Positions 30,466-42,269 of a stretch of DNA of 64,000 nt are shown here, piece after piece. How positions within the stretch are numbered: the stretch's first letter is position 1; each line of letters begins with the position of its first letter. The stretch covers positions 38,911 through 102,910 of the forward strand of contig CAVYHV010000028.1 of the NCBI GenBank assembly GCA_963768425.1. Reading direction: 5' to 3'. Source of the stretch: Candidatus Bathyarchaeota archaeon. GTDB lineage: Archaea > Thermoproteota > Bathyarchaeia > Bathyarchaeales > Bathycorpusculaceae. The translations under genes and the position numbers were made by a program. The notes below the pieces were generated by a model that saw nothing but the letters and a program-made list of their open reading frames with translations, ran no database searches and had not been told where the DNA came from.

Positions 30466-31635
30466 ATGAGAAGACTTCCATTACAATTCGTTGGTTCAGT
30501 ATGCACAAATCCTAGTTTGGTTATGAGCTTCGGTAGGGGTGCTTATCGAGAGTTTGTTAAATCTAAGCTCGATTACCGAAATGAGGATGGATCCAGTTCT
30601 GCACTTTGGCTTCTGAGCCTAAGAATTACACATCGTTGCAATCACAGGTGCGCAATCTGTGCGCAGTGGGGTCAAAGCGGATACAACGCAAGGGACGATA
30701 CCCCCAAAGTTACTGGAGAAGTCCCGGTTGAAGTTTACAAGAAAGTAATTGATGAAGTCGCACCCAAGAAAGTTCATGTCTACATAACGGGTGGAGAACC
30801 ATTCCTTTACGAGTCGCTGGTTCCTTTTGTTAACTATATAAAAAAGAAAGGCTTAACAGTTCAGATAGTTACCAACGGAGTCGGGTTAGAACGCAACGCT
30901 GAAACAATCGTTGACAACGGATGGGATATGATATGCGTCTCTTTTGATGGACCAAGAGAAGTTCATGACAAATGCCGAGGAGTCCCAGGCGCCATGGACA
31001 CAGCAATAAAGGGGTTATCGGCAATTCAAAAGCTCAAGAAAGAGAAAAAGAAGAGAAAACCCGCAATCTTCACCCTAACAACAATTTCCAGCAACAACCA
31101 ATACACGTTGGTCGACACAGTGAGGGAAGCGGAAAAACTGAATCCCACTGGCATAATAATCTATTACTCGTGGTTTACCCGAGAGTGGATAGGCCAAAAA
31201 CACACAAAAATAGCCAATGAAAAGCTGGGCATAACGCCCTTCGCTTGGAAAGGCTATGTCCGCGACACCTCAACGTTGGACATAGACTCGATTGTTGAGC
31301 AGGTAAAGACAATAAAAAGTGACAAACATTTTGGGAACGTCCTTTTCGTACCCGACCTTAAATTAGAAGACATCAGAACCTACTACACCGAACCAGAAAA
31401 CTTCTTCGGGTACAAAAAATGTGTTTCACCTTGGTTCCAACTGGACGTAATGCCTAACGGAGACGTAGTGACCTGCAGGGATTTCCCAGACTTTGTGACC
31501 GGAAACATTACGGAGTCGCCGATCCTCGACATATACAACAGCGAAAAACACCGCAAGTTCAGGCGCGCTCTTCGAAGCTGCGACAACGGCGTTTTTCCAA
31601 TTTGCTCCCGATGCTGTGGCTTAATGGGGTATTGA
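30466..31635 (+). CDS. Radical SAM protein with SPASM/twitch domain
   Basis: CNHRCAIC, TGGEP, C..PW...G.V..C, C..CC. Confidence 0.9.
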   Translation: MRRLPLQFVGSVCTNPSLVMSFGRGAYREFVKSKLDYRNEDGSSSALWLLSLRITHRCNHRCAICAQWGQSGYNARDDTPKVTGEVPVEVYKKVIDEVAPKKVHVYITGGEPFLYESLVPFVNYIKKKGLTVQIVTNGVGLERNAETIVDNGWDMICVSFDGPREVHDKCRGVPGAMDTAIKGLSAIQKLKKEKKKRKPAIFTLTTISSNNQYTLVDTVREAEKLNPTGIIIYYSWFTREWIGQKHTKIANEKLGITPFAWKGYVRDTSTLDIDSIVEQVKTIKSDKHFGNVLFVPDLKLEDIRTYYTEPENFFGYKKCVSPWFQLDVMPNGDVVTCRDFPDFVTGNITESPILDIYNSEKHRKFRRALRSCDNGVFPICSRCCGLMGY

Positions 31636-31665
31636 GAATGCCTCTGGAAATGGGTTGATCCTGCA

Positions 31666-32400
31666 ATGGAGCCCATTGACGTCGCAATACTCACCTTTAA
31701 CAGCGCCGCGAAGCTGCGGGAATGCATCAATTCTGTTTACATTAACGTTCCTGTAAAAAGACTGATTGTAGTGGACGGATTCTCGACTGACGCTACGCCA
31801 GATATTGTGAAAGAGGTCCAAAAACGTTTCAGCAACGTGGTGTTTGTCCGGGAAAAGGGAACAAGAGCCACTGCGAGGCAGACAGCAATTTCTTTAGTGA
31901 GAGGCGACTGGTTCATGTTTGTAGACAGTGACGTTGTTCTTTCAAGGAATTGGTTTGCCTCAGCCGAAAAACAAGTTGATGAGAACGTCGGCGCAATCTG
32001 GGGAATTGAAATCTGGTCAGTGCTTAAAGGAAAAAAGATATTGGCACTATTCGAGAGGGTTACGATGAAGATTTTCGAGCGGCGAGGCGGAACCCACGAC
32101 ATGTTGATTAGACGAAAAGCGGTTGAAGACATCAAGATTCCATATAAGCTGCACACTTACGAGGACGCCTTCATTAAATCGTGGATTGAGAAAAAGGGCT
32201 ACAATGTACTAGGCGTGTACGAACCCTATTGCATCCACTTTCGGGCAGATTCCGTTTGGACGGCTAAAAAACACGTGGAACTATTGGTCAGCGACCTCAA
32301 ATTCGCTCTTCGCCGTCCCCTTCTGCTGCTGCCATACGGCTTCTACTCCGCAGTCGTCACCTACCAAATCGTCATTAACAAATTCAAACGTGCAAATTGA
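31666..32400 (+). CDS. Family 2 glycosyltransferase
   Basis: IVVDGFSTDAT, FVDSD (DxD), ED motif. Confidence 0.9.
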   Translation: MEPIDVAILTFNSAAKLRECINSVYINVPVKRLIVVDGFSTDATPDIVKEVQKRFSNVVFVREKGTRATARQTAISLVRGDWFMFVDSDVVLSRNWFASAEKQVDENVGAIWGIEIWSVLKGKKILALFERVTMKIFERRGGTHDMLIRRKAVEDIKIPYKLHTYEDAFIKSWIEKKGYNVLGVYEPYCIHFRADSVWTAKKHVELLVSDLKFALRRPLLLLPYGFYSAVVTYQIVINKFKRAN

Positions 32401-32681
32401 AAAATGAAAAAAGATGGTCGACTTTCTTGCGAACTGGTCAGAGCGAAAAATTAGCGCAATCCCGAGAGAGATTACCAAACAAATTGCGACGTATCTATAC
32501 AAAAAATGAGGCAACTCGGCAGGGCCAAAACGACAAACCCGCCTGCTTAAAACTGTTTTTCACAATTTCTATTCTTAAAGACAACTCACCCTGAGTTTTA
32601 TTCCAATAATTCCGTAGAAAAATAAAGGGAATATGCTAAAATAGCCTAAAATATATTCAAGTTAGAAATTAAGTTAAGCGG

Positions 32682-33467
32682 ATGGTCTTGGGGTCTTTAC
32701 AAAAGTTTGGGCAGTTACGTAAGAAAGCCCCGCAACTAATAGTCATAGCCATTGCTATCGCCGTTATTCTTTACTTTGTACTTGACATTTTGGATGACAT
32801 CGTTATCGAAGGCAATCCCGCCACAAGTGAACCCCTCATCGGACTTGTCGTTTCCATAGTGCGAGGGGTCACCTCTACGGTTCGGGCATTCGGGTACCCG
32901 GGCATATTTATTTTGATGCTACTTGAAACAAGCTCTCTGCCTATTCCAAGTGAAGTTATTCTTCCTTTTGCTGGTTACCTGAGTTTCACGGGGCAATTTG
33001 ACATCTATTTCGTTGTGGCGGTTGCAACGGTAGCAGGAATATTTGGTGCGTTAATTGATTACTACATTGGGTTAAAAGGCGTCCAATCCCTAGTTAAACA
33101 CAAAATCTTGGGAAAAGTCATCTTATCAACAGGTCAGCTTCAGCTCGCTGAAAAATGGTTTGAAAAACACGGCAGCGTAGTTGTTTTTGTAAGCAGACTA
33201 ATCCCTGGTTTTCGAACAACCTTTTCTTTTCCCGCTGGTGCCGCAAAAATGCCGTTGAAGAAATTCCTTGTTTACACCACCGCTGGATCGTTCCTTTGGA
33301 ATGCAATCTTAGTTTACTTAGGCTGGTATTTGGGCAAGAATTGGACGGAGGTTGCTGGAATATCCCGTTATCTAATTGTAGCTTCTGTGGCGGCTTTGGT
33401 GATCTTGGTCGTGGGTTACCTACTTGTTAGACGCAGAAAAATGCGGAAGCAACAGCACTTGCCGTAA
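32682..33467 (+). CDS. DedA family membrane protein
   Basis: LE...PIPSE..LPFAG, RLIPGFRT. Confidence 0.92.
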   Translation: MVLGSLQKFGQLRKKAPQLIVIAIAIAVILYFVLDILDDIVIEGNPATSEPLIGLVVSIVRGVTSTVRAFGYPGIFILMLLETSSLPIPSEVILPFAGYLSFTGQFDIYFVVAVATVAGIFGALIDYYIGLKGVQSLVKHKILGKVILSTGQLQLAEKWFEKHGSVVVFVSRLIPGFRTTFSFPAGAAKMPLKKFLVYTTAGSFLWNAILVYLGWYLGKNWTEVAGISRYLIVASVAALVILVVGYLLVRRRKMRKQQHLP

Positions 33468-33479
33468 GAAGCTGGGTTT

Positions 33480-34538
33480 TCAGATTAGTTTTGTTATTTT
33501 GGGTTTAACGTCGCCTTTTATTCCGAGGGATTTTGCTTCCTGAACTTGGAGCATGCAGTCGACATGTGAGGTTTCGTTGAATGTTTTGTAATCAATCATC
33601 TCAAGGAATGCGGCGTCGATTGAGACTGGCGAGTCGGATGCAAAAATTCCTACGTCTTTCATGACGGGTTCGCCTGGCATCGGTAAGCAGTCACAGTATG
33701 GGGTAATGTCTTTAGCGAAACTGACGAATGACACTTTGCCGGGTTTGAAAGTCGATAGTACGCCGTAAGCGGCTGATGCAAGCGCCCTGAGGAAATCATC
33801 TTGATGAGTGAAACTTATGGCGTCCATTGGGCAGCCGTGCATGCACATTGGACAACGCATACAAAGGGCCGAATTATTGTGGGCTTTCCCCTCGACGATG
33901 TCAGGCAGATGCAACTCGCAAATTTCTTTACATTTGCCGCAGCCGACACATTTAGACTGATCAATTTCGATGCCCACGGTCCTGTGCTGCCGAAGTTTGC
34001 CTGCGCCGGGGCAACATCCCATGCCGAGGTTCTTTATGGCTCCTCCGAAACCGCTGAGTTCATGACCCTTATCATGTGAAACAACAATCATGGCGTCGGC
34101 TTCAGCAATCATTCCTGACACCTCGACTTCGTTGAGTATCCCTTTTGTTGACACAGTTCGGTAGTTTTCGCCTTTAAGCCCGTCTGCTGGAAAAAACGGC
34201 GCCATACCAAAACCATTGGTTAAAGCTGTAATTGTGTGGTCGTAGCCGTTGTAGCGTAGTGCGTGGTAGAGCGTGTTTGAGTCGGTGAGGAAGGGTTTTC
34301 CGCCTGCCTCTTTAACCCTGCGCACTATCTCGTGGACAAAAAAAGGCTGCACATAATATGGGTTCCCAAGCTCGCCTACATGTAACTTGACCGCTACAAG
34401 GTCGCCTTTCTGCACACAATCAAAGGTTCCTGCTTCGTCATAGAGACGGTTAGCCTCCTCCAAAAGGTTGCGCGAAGGATCCCACGGGACTAAATTAACT
34501 GTCATACACATTTCACCTGCATCCAATGACTTTCCCAA
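33480..34538 (-). CDS. DUF362 family Fe-S protein with 4Fe-4S dicluster
   Basis: VKLHVGE, SH.KGHELSGFGGAIKNLGMGC, CxxCxxCxxxC twice. Confidence 0.88.
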   Translation of the reverse strand: MGKSLDAGEMCMTVNLVPWDPSRNLLEEANRLYDEAGTFDCVQKGDLVAVKLHVGELGNPYYVQPFFVHEIVRRVKEAGGKPFLTDSNTLYHALRYNGYDHTITALTNGFGMAPFFPADGLKGENYRTVSTKGILNEVEVSGMIAEADAMIVVSHDKGHELSGFGGAIKNLGMGCCPGAGKLRQHRTVGIEIDQSKCVGCGKCKEICELHLPDIVEGKAHNNSALCMRCPMCMHGCPMDAISFTHQDDFLRALASAAYGVLSTFKPGKVSFVSFAKDITPYCDCLPMPGEPVMKDVGIFASDSPVSIDAAFLEMIDYKTFNETSHVDCMLQVQEAKSLGIKGDVKPKITKLI

Positions 34539-34872
34539 CTCAATATAAATATAACTCTTAGCTTCTATTTTGTCTCTAATTATTTCCCAAGTTTAGTTCT
34601 TTGTGTAACCTTTCAAACCGCCATTCAAGAAAACGCCGACAGTGCGCTCAAGTTATTTAAGGCACAAACCAAGGGCGTTCGCTTCAGCTCATCAGAATCC
34701 ACGACATTTTCACACTTTCCACGCAAAAAGGAGACTCGCCACGAACCAAATGTTTAAGCTATACTAAGTATCTTTTTGCATCATTTTACTATCTTAATTC
34801 ATTTGTTACGCTACATGATAATGGTTATAAGTGGAAGTCGGCGTTTGATTATTTTATCCAACATAATAACAG

Positions 34873-36948
34873 TTGGAATTAGGAGAGAAAAATATTTTGA
34901 ACCGATTACAAAAAGGCATTATAATCGCATCTGTCCTAACAACGATGCTTCTCTTAGCCAGTTACCCAGTCTTTGCAAGTGTTGAACCAACAGCTCCATC
35001 ATCGTTGCAAGCAAATCCCTTGTACGTTATCAAAACCGCAGGAATTGATCCCAACGCAATAGGTCCAGACAATCCATATTACACACCCGCCGACATCAAA
35101 AACGCATACAATCTTCCAGCCACAGGCGGATCAGGCACTATAGCCATTGTAGATGCATACAGCGACCCTAACATAGCTTCAAACCTAGCAACATTCAGCA
35201 GCCAATGGGGACTAGCAGCTCCAAACCTGGAGATTCACCAGATGTCATCATTGATAACGTCTAATTCTGGATGGGGAATGGAAGAATCCTTAGACGTAGA
35301 ATGGGCACATGCAATAGCTCCAAACGCCAAGATTCTCTTAGTTGAAGCTAATTCTGCTTCAACAACTGACCTTCTCTCAGCGGTTAGTTACGCAGCCAGT
35401 CGATCAGACGTTGTTGCAATCTCAATGAGTTGGGGAACAAACGAATTCTCAGGCGAACAATCATATGACAGCTACTTCACAAGCAATTACGGCGCAACCT
35501 TCTTTGCCTCAGCGGGAGACACCGGCGGAGCCGTAATTTGGCCATCAAGCTCAACAAACGTGATTTCCGTTGGAGGCACAACCCTCACGCAAACACAAAC
35601 AGGTTACACAGAAAAAGCTTGGAGCAGCGGCGGCGGAGGAGTAAGTGCATATGAACCAGTACCCGCTAGCCAATCTTCGTTAGGATACCACAACCGAGCA
35701 ACACCAGATGTTGCTTACAACGCTGACCCAAATACAGGTTTCTTAGTCTTAGACACCTACGGATACAGCGGTTGGTATGCTGTCGGCGGCACAAGCGCAG
35801 GATCACCACAATGGGCAGCTATCCAATCAATAGGACACTCAGTAACAAGCAATAACCTGTACAATGACTACTCTCAACCATCAACCTATGCAGCAGACTT
35901 CAAAGACATAAAATCTGGATCAAACACTGTCTATTCCGCAACGACAGGCTATGACTTAGCAACAGGCTTAGGCAGCCCACTGACCACAAACTTCGCAGCT
36001 TCAGCCACACCTGATTTCTCACTATCGGCTTCTCCATCCACATTGATGATTCAAGCTGGTGGCTCGCCTGGGACCTCAACCATAACTGCAACCTCAATTG
36101 ACGCGTATACTGGCACAATAAACCTAAACGTTCAAACGCCCCCTGTAGGTTGGACCACTTCACTTAGCTCAAATCAATTTTTGGGAGGAGCTGGTACAGC
36201 GCAACTTTCAATAACAGTTCCGGCCTCAACCAAAGCTGGAACCTACTCTATCATCATCCAAGGCGCTGACACAAGCGGCACGCCAAGTCACACAACAACG
36301 GTTACCGTAACGGTAACGACACCTGACTTCTCGCTGACATCTTCTCCATCCACCGTGAATATTCAAGCTGCTGGCTCACCTGGTACCTCAACCATAACCG
36401 CAACATCGCTCAATGGCTATAGCGGCACATTGAACTTGGGTCTTTCAGGAAATGCAGCCACATGGACATCAATAGCCACGTCCGTTAGTGTCACATCAAC
36501 CACCGCTGGCACTCTAACACTCACCGTTTCGGCACCATCGGGAGCGGCAAGTGGAACATACACCGTTACAGTAACGGCAACAGACGCAAGCAACTCCCTA
36601 CTAAGCCATAGCACAACAATCACAGTCATTGTCGCAAATTCTGACTTCTCCCTCTCCGCCTCACCAAGCAGCATGAGCATTAGAAGCGGATCGCAGAGCA
36701 CCTCGAGAGTAACAATTGCAAGTATAGGCGGATTCGCAGGTAAAGTTTCTCTTACTGCTAGCGCGTCAGGAGGCGGATTAACAGCGACGTTCAGCCCGTC
36801 ATCGATTACTGGTTCAGGCTCCTCGACACTGACGATTACGGTACCTTCCTCAACGAGAAGCGGAACATTCACGGTTACAGTCACTGGCACAAGCGGCGCA
36901 TTGATACACAGCACCACAGTCAAGGTTACAGTCAGTCGATTCTTCTAA
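34873..36948 (+). CDS. Secreted S53 (sedolisin/kumamolisin-like) peptidase with three C-terminal Thr-rich beta-sandwich repeats
   Basis: EESLDVE, SAGD, GGTSAGSP, GYDLATGLGSP; three DFSL.ASPS-type repeats. Confidence 0.9.
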   Translation: MELGEKNILNRLQKGIIIASVLTTMLLLASYPVFASVEPTAPSSLQANPLYVIKTAGIDPNAIGPDNPYYTPADIKNAYNLPATGGSGTIAIVDAYSDPNIASNLATFSSQWGLAAPNLEIHQMSSLITSNSGWGMEESLDVEWAHAIAPNAKILLVEANSASTTDLLSAVSYAASRSDVVAISMSWGTNEFSGEQSYDSYFTSNYGATFFASAGDTGGAVIWPSSSTNVISVGGTTLTQTQTGYTEKAWSSGGGGVSAYEPVPASQSSLGYHNRATPDVAYNADPNTGFLVLDTYGYSGWYAVGGTSAGSPQWAAIQSIGHSVTSNNLYNDYSQPSTYAADFKDIKSGSNTVYSATTGYDLATGLGSPLTTNFAASATPDFSLSASPSTLMIQAGGSPGTSTITATSIDAYTGTINLNVQTPPVGWTTSLSSNQFLGGAGTAQLSITVPASTKAGTYSIIIQGADTSGTPSHTTTVTVTVTTPDFSLTSSPSTVNIQAAGSPGTSTITATSLNGYSGTLNLGLSGNAATWTSIATSVSVTSTTAGTLTLTVSAPSGAASGTYTVTVTATDASNSLLSHSTTITVIVANSDFSLSASPSSMSIRSGSQSTSRVTIASIGGFAGKVSLTASASGGGLTATFSPSSITGSGSSTLTITVPSSTRSGTFTVTVTGTSGALIHSTTVKVTVSRFF

Positions 36949-37133
36949 TCTATCAACACCTTCTTTTTTTATTTTAGAACATTAAGCTTCAAAACATTTT
37001 CAAATGCATGACCACCATAGAAAAGGGTAATGCGACGTAGCCCTTCAGTCTACATATTTATTTTGAAAAATAAAAAAGCTAAATAACTCAAACAACTGCG
37101 GTTGACAAGCAAATTAAAATACACATCTGCTGT

Positions 37134-38068
37134 ATGTCATTTTTTCAAGTGACAGTGTTCATGGGCGAACTCGAATGCAATGGATTAACGAAGGTTTACG
37201 AAGATCACCGCAAAGCATTGGAAAACGTAACTTTTTCAGTGGAAACCAACGGCATTTTCGGGTTAATCGGCAGAAATGGAGCGGGAAAAACAACTCTTAT
37301 CCGAATTTTCGCCACTGAACTTCAGCCAACCGCCGGAACTGCAAGCATCAACGGGTTTGACATTCTAAAGCAGGAGAGGGAAGTTGAGGGAGAAAATCGC
37401 GATTGTCCCGCAGGAAGCCCGAACTATAAGATGGATGACGGCTAAACAGACTGTTATGTCGTATCTTCTTTGGCGAGGCTACAGCTACGGTGACGCAAAA
37501 AGGCTTGCGGATGAGTCGCTTGCAAAACTTGACCTGCAAGAGTACGCAAACGTTTTAACCAGTCGCCTTTCAGGTGGCACAAAAAGAAAAGTTCTTATCG
37601 CGACGGTGATGGCGTCTGAGGCAGAAGTTATTTTTCTTGATGAACCCACAACAGGTTTAGACCCGATTTCACGAAGGGAACTGTGGGAAATTCTAAGGAA
37701 ACTTGGCAAAGAACGATTCATTTTTCTAACAACACATTATCTTGGAAGAGGCGGAGGAACTGGCGGACAAAATCGGCATTCTAAAAGATGGACAATTGGT
37801 TTCAGTCGGCACCCTTTCAGAGATTAGAAAAGCCTCAAAGTACCAGTACAGCATTAAATTGCCTCTCAACGCGCCGATTCCACGACTTAACAGACGGTGA
37901 AGTAACCACAGAAACACATGGGTACACTCAGATAATGACGAACGAAAACGAAGCGTTCCGTCTTAGCCAAGCTGCTTTCTGAGCAAGGGACTAAGGTTTT
38001 CAATCAACCCGGTGACTTTAGACGACATATTTTTCCTTCTTGTCGGTCAAAAAGCGAGGGATGAATAA
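37134..38068 (+). CDS. ABC-2 exporter ATP-binding subunit (frameshifted)
   Basis: GRNGAGKTT, LSGGTKRK, FLDEPTTGLDP, TTHY. Confidence 0.9.
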
Positions 38069-38815
38069 ATGAAACGCAGCAAACTCAGCCAAATCCTAGC
38101 GGGCGTGCTCGTAAATGCCGTGTACGAAATGAAAAATTACCCTATCGTTTTAATCAGCACCGTTATCTCGCCCCTTTCCCTTCTTGCCGTCGTCACATTT
38201 GTAAGCAAAGGCAGCCCTTTTTGGAACAGCCATCGAAGGCGGCTTAATTATGACTTTTTTCTCAAGCGGCATCGCACTGCAATCTGATCTTTCCCACCTA
38301 AAAAATGACTTCAAACTTCAGGACATGATTGTTAGCTCCCCGACGACTTCACGAGTTTACATGGGTGGGATGGCGCTTGCAGAAATCGTCTACTCTCTCC
38401 CAAGCATAGCAATTCTCATCGCGCTAACTGGCATCTACCTGCATCCGTCGCTTCTCCAAATAGCAATCTTATCCGTTGTGCTGCTAGTGATGTTTGCAAT
38501 TTCAGTGGCTTTAGGCTTCATGTTATCAACTTTCTCAGCTGATGTAGTTCAAAGCTACGCGTTTTCCAGGCTGCTTTCACTTCTATTTGCCACGTTGCCG
38601 CCAGTTTATTACCCGATAACCTACATTCCATCGCCATTCAGTTACTTCGCTTATCTGTCGCCGACAACGTACGCGGCGGAAATCATGCATTCAGCAACGG
38701 GTTACCTGAGAATTTCTTTCAACTTGGTAGTTTTCGATTGGGTCGTAATCTTGGTGGAGTGTGCGCGATTATCCTGTTTATCGCAGTAAAGAAGACACGT
38801 TGGAAAGACGTCTAA
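38069..38815 (+). CDS. ABC-2 exporter permease (frameshifted)
   Basis: Multi-TM, PVYYP...P.TYA motif. Confidence 0.8.
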
Positions 38816-39072
38816 GCAGTCAATATTTTTTTCCGACTGCTCAACTTTTGTCCAATCTCGACGGCGTCTGCTTCGCTGTCAGCTAAAATGTTGATCCAGA
38901 GCTCGAACTCGGTTTTTGAAATTTCTTTCTGGATGATGCCTTTTTGGTCTCCTGAAAAAAACCGTGACTTTGAAGCGGAGAAAAGTTTGACGTAGAAGAT
39001 TCTGTCGGCGATTGTGATTTTTGAGGAGCATCCTGCTTTTTCGCCTGCAGCATAGTCAACGTCGTAAGCCAT
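38812..39072 (-). CDS. Hypothetical protein (86 aa)
   Basis: ORF only. Confidence 0.55.
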   Translation of the reverse strand: MAYDVDYAAGEKAGCSSKITIADRIFYVKLFSASKSRFFSGDQKGIIQKEISKTEFELWINILADSEADAVEIGQKLSSRKKILTA

Positions 39073-39253
39073 GGTTGAACCCTTCTTTGAGAAGCGCTGG
39101 TTTGTTACTTAAATTTTCTCTTTTGCGAGCGCCTGTGTTTTTCAATGCGGCAATTCAATTCACGTTATATATTATATATAGTTTATTAAGTGAATCTCTA
39201 TAGGCGCGTTCATGCATTTACATCGTTGAACATGTGGAAGAGGTGAAAAAAGA

Positions 39254-39415
39254 ATGCTCTCACGAGACTGCGACGGCTGCATCATGCTTAAGGAATGCAG
39301 CGTCCGCTACAAGAAAGCTATCAAAGGCGACAAAGTTTACTGCCCAGACGGAACGGCGCACCTGATTGATAACGTCCAGCATAAAGCAAAGCCAAGACGT
39401 AATCTGCTTCTTTGA
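39254..39415 (+). CDS. Small Cys/His protein, 53 aa (MLSRDCDGCIMLKEC...YCPDGTAH)
   Basis: Read manually; GAGGTGA SD; CxxC-x5-C...C...H. Confidence 0.6.
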   Translation: MLSRDCDGCIMLKECSVRYKKAIKGDKVYCPDGTAHLIDNVQHKAKPRRNLLL

Positions 39416-39551
39416 AGCGTTTCAATATGTGAAACCAAAAAAGCTTCAAGGACGCTATCATGATTGGCAGGTATTTATTTTTGTTATTTCGATTCTTTTT
39501 CTTGTTTTGCCTTGGTAAACCACGTTTTTTATATAGTGCAACTCAATAAAA

Positions 39552-39569
39552 TATATAGTCTATATAGAC
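39552..39569. promoter_or_regulatory. Palindrome TATATAG-W-CTATATA(GAC), candidate phosphate box, copy 1
   Basis: tatatagtctatatagac upstream of the AbrB-PhoU regulator. Confidence 0.65.
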
Positions 39570-39609
39570 ATACCTAATATAATTAGGCGATCATAGAAAG
39601 CGTATTGAC

Positions 39610-40666
39610 GTGTGCACATTGACTACGGAAGTCGAAAAACAAAACGAAGAACAACGCAAACTCCAAGTAACCGGTGGATCAACATTCATTCTCTCCCTAC
39701 CCAAAGAATGGGCAATCCGAAACGAGCTTAAAAGAGGAAGCTCAATGGTGGTCCGTGAAGAAGACGACGGATCACTTTGCGTTGCGCCTTCAAAATTTGT
39801 AAAAAAAGAAAAACAAGACGAAGCCTTCATCAAAGCCTCAGGCAGCGACAACCCAGACGCCATCATGAGAACAGCCATTTCAGCCTACTTGAGCGGCTAC
39901 AACATATTGCATATCAGAGCGCCAAACCAAAAAGTGATCTCATCCAAAGTCCGAAACCACCTCAAAAATTTTGCAAGACACTATCTAGTCGGAACAGAAA
40001 TCGTAATCGACACGCCCGACGGAATTGACTCTTCAGGTGCTCCTTAATTATCCTGAGCTTACGGTTCAGAACGCCTTGAGTCGAATGTCAATAATTGCTT
40101 CATCAATGCATAAAGAAGCTTTGGCGGCACTGAAAAAACTGGATTATTCAGCGGCAAAATCCGTCATTGAAACCGACCGTGAAGTAAACCGTTTCGGGCT
40201 GTACATAGTCAGGCTTTTGAAGTTGGCGGTTTCAAACCCACGGGTCGTAAAAGAAATCGGCTTAAACTCACAGAGAGACTGCTTGGCTACAGGCTCATAG
40301 CTAAAGCAGTAGAGAGAACTGCGGATCACGCGACTAAAATCGCTGAAAACACATGGCTTTAAAGGAGCAGATAACGGGGAGTTTTCGGAAAAGCTAAGCG
40401 ATCTCAGCGGCTTGGCGATATCGATGTTTGAAAACTCCATGGATGCGTTATTCAGACGGGACTTTAATCTGGCTGAAACAGTAATTGAGAAATTAGGCCA
40501 AGTGCATAAGCTGGAGAAGGAAACTGTTCTTTCAATGCAAAACATCAAAACTGAAGATGCTGTGAACCTAAGATTGGCAATTGAAAGCGTGCGAAGAACC
40601 GCCGAATACGCCAGCGACATTTCAGAGGTTGTTCTGAACTTAAACGTTGAATCGGTACTGGGATAG
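39610..40666 (+). CDS. Archaeal phosphate uptake regulator (AbrB N-terminus + PhoU domains), frameshifted
   Basis: RKLQVTGGSTFILSLPKEW; ETDREVNRF; IESVRRTAEYASDISE. Confidence 0.9.
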
Positions 40667-40780
40667 TCTTTTCAGCTATTTCTCCGATATTTTTCCAACA
40701 GCCTCATAGTACTCATAAATTTTCTGAGGAAAGAAAAATCTGGTGCAGCTTTGCGCTGCCATGCGGATTTCTTTTTTCGC

Positions 40781-41447
40781 TTACCTTAATGTTACTTTTT
40801 CACCTGTTGCGATGTAAACCACAGCTTCCATAATGTGCATAGCATGATCAGCGATACGTTCAAGATACCTTACAACGAGGACGCTGGAGACGGTGCATTC
40901 GTTTGTGATGCCTGCCTGCTCGACAAGTTTATCCAAAAAATCAAAGTAGGCTTTGTCAACTCTGGTTCTCTTGTTCAGTCATGCTTTTGACAAGTTCCGG
41001 GTCTAAGCGTCTGAGCGTGTTAATACTTACGCCGACCATTCGGAGGACTTTTTCAGCCATTTTTCCAATGTACTCAAATATCCATTGGTCGCATTTGGCA
41101 GTTTTTGCGTTAAAACGTGTTGAGACGTAAGATATGTCCCAGGCGTATCTTCCGAAACGTTCAAAGTCGTAGGCTACTTTCACGTAAGAGTTTATTATTC
41201 TTAAGTCAGAGGCGACTGGCTGATACTTTGCTATTAGACTGAAGGATTTCTCTTCAACTTCCACGGCTCTGTTTACGAGTATTTCCGCGAGTTCATGGAC
41301 ATCTTTTGAGATGTCTTTGCCTTCGACAAAGCCGTTTATTGATGCAGAAAGGGCTTTCTCAGCGACCCCTCCCATCTTAAAAACCATCACGGTCAATTCT
41401 TCTAATCCAGCATCTATGAGTCTTTCCATACTGTTCACCTTAACCAA
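40781..41447 (-). CDS. phoU: PhoU (frameshifted near 40960)
   Basis: [12 protein letters not shown]...DFERFGRYA; [10 protein letters not shown] in the second frame. Confidence 0.9.
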
Positions 41448-42222
41448 ATTTCCCTGTAATGTATTTTTCGGTTAACTCATTTTTCGGATTCTCAAACACA
41501 TCTGTTGTTTCCCCGAATTCCTCCAGTTTCCCAAGATACATGAACGCCGTGTAGTCTGATATGCGCGCAGCCTGCTGCAGGTTATGCGTGACTATGATTA
41601 CTGTGAACTCTTTTTTGAGCTGAACAATTGATTCCTCAACTTTGGCGGTGGCTATTGGGTCAAGAGCTGAACAAGGCTCATCCATCAAGATGACTTCAGG
41701 TTGAACAGCAAGAGCACGCGCGATGCACAGCCTTTGCTGTTGCCCCCCTGACAAAGCTGTGCCAGGTTTTTTTAAGTCGTCTTTGACTTCATCCCAAAGA
41801 AACGCCATTCGAAGGCTCTTTTCCGCCAACTCGTCAAGTTTCTTTTTATCTCGAACACCGTTGAGTTTCAGGCCGGCTACCGCATTATCGTAGATGGACA
41901 TGGTGGGAAACGGATTTGGCTTCTGGAAAACCATGCCGATTCTTCTTCGAATCGCAACTGGATCGACATTTGGAGAGTAGATGTTTACTCCATCTAAGAT
42001 AACTTCTCCTTCGACTTTTGCGCCTGGAGTTAACTCATGAATTCTGTTTAAACATCTAATCAATGTGGTTTTTCCGCATCCTGAAGGACCCATAATGGCG
42101 GTTACGCGGTTTTCAGGGAATCTTAAGTTGATCCCTTTCAGCGCTTGTACTTTGCCATACTTGGCTTTCAAATCTTTCGTTTCCATCTTTGAGGTTGATA
42201 ATTCTCGATTTTGCTTACTCAA
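41440..42222 (-). CDS. pstB: Phosphate ABC transporter ATPase
   Basis: [39 protein letters not shown]. Confidence 0.97.
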   Translation of the reverse strand: MSKQNRELSTSKMETKDLKAKYGKVQALKGINLRFPENRVTAIMGPSGCGKTTLIRCLNRIHELTPGAKVEGEVILDGVNIYSPNVDPVAIRRRIGMVFQKPNPFPTMSIYDNAVAGLKLNGVRDKKKLDELAEKSLRMAFLWDEVKDDLKKPGTALSGGQQQRLCIARALAVQPEVILMDEPCSALDPIATAKVEESIVQLKKEFTVIIVTHNLQQAARISDYTAFMYLGKLEEFGETTDVFENPKNELTEKYITGKFG

Positions 42223-42269
42223 TTGTATTGCTCCTCCAAAACGTTATATTTTGAGTTAATTCTGACATA

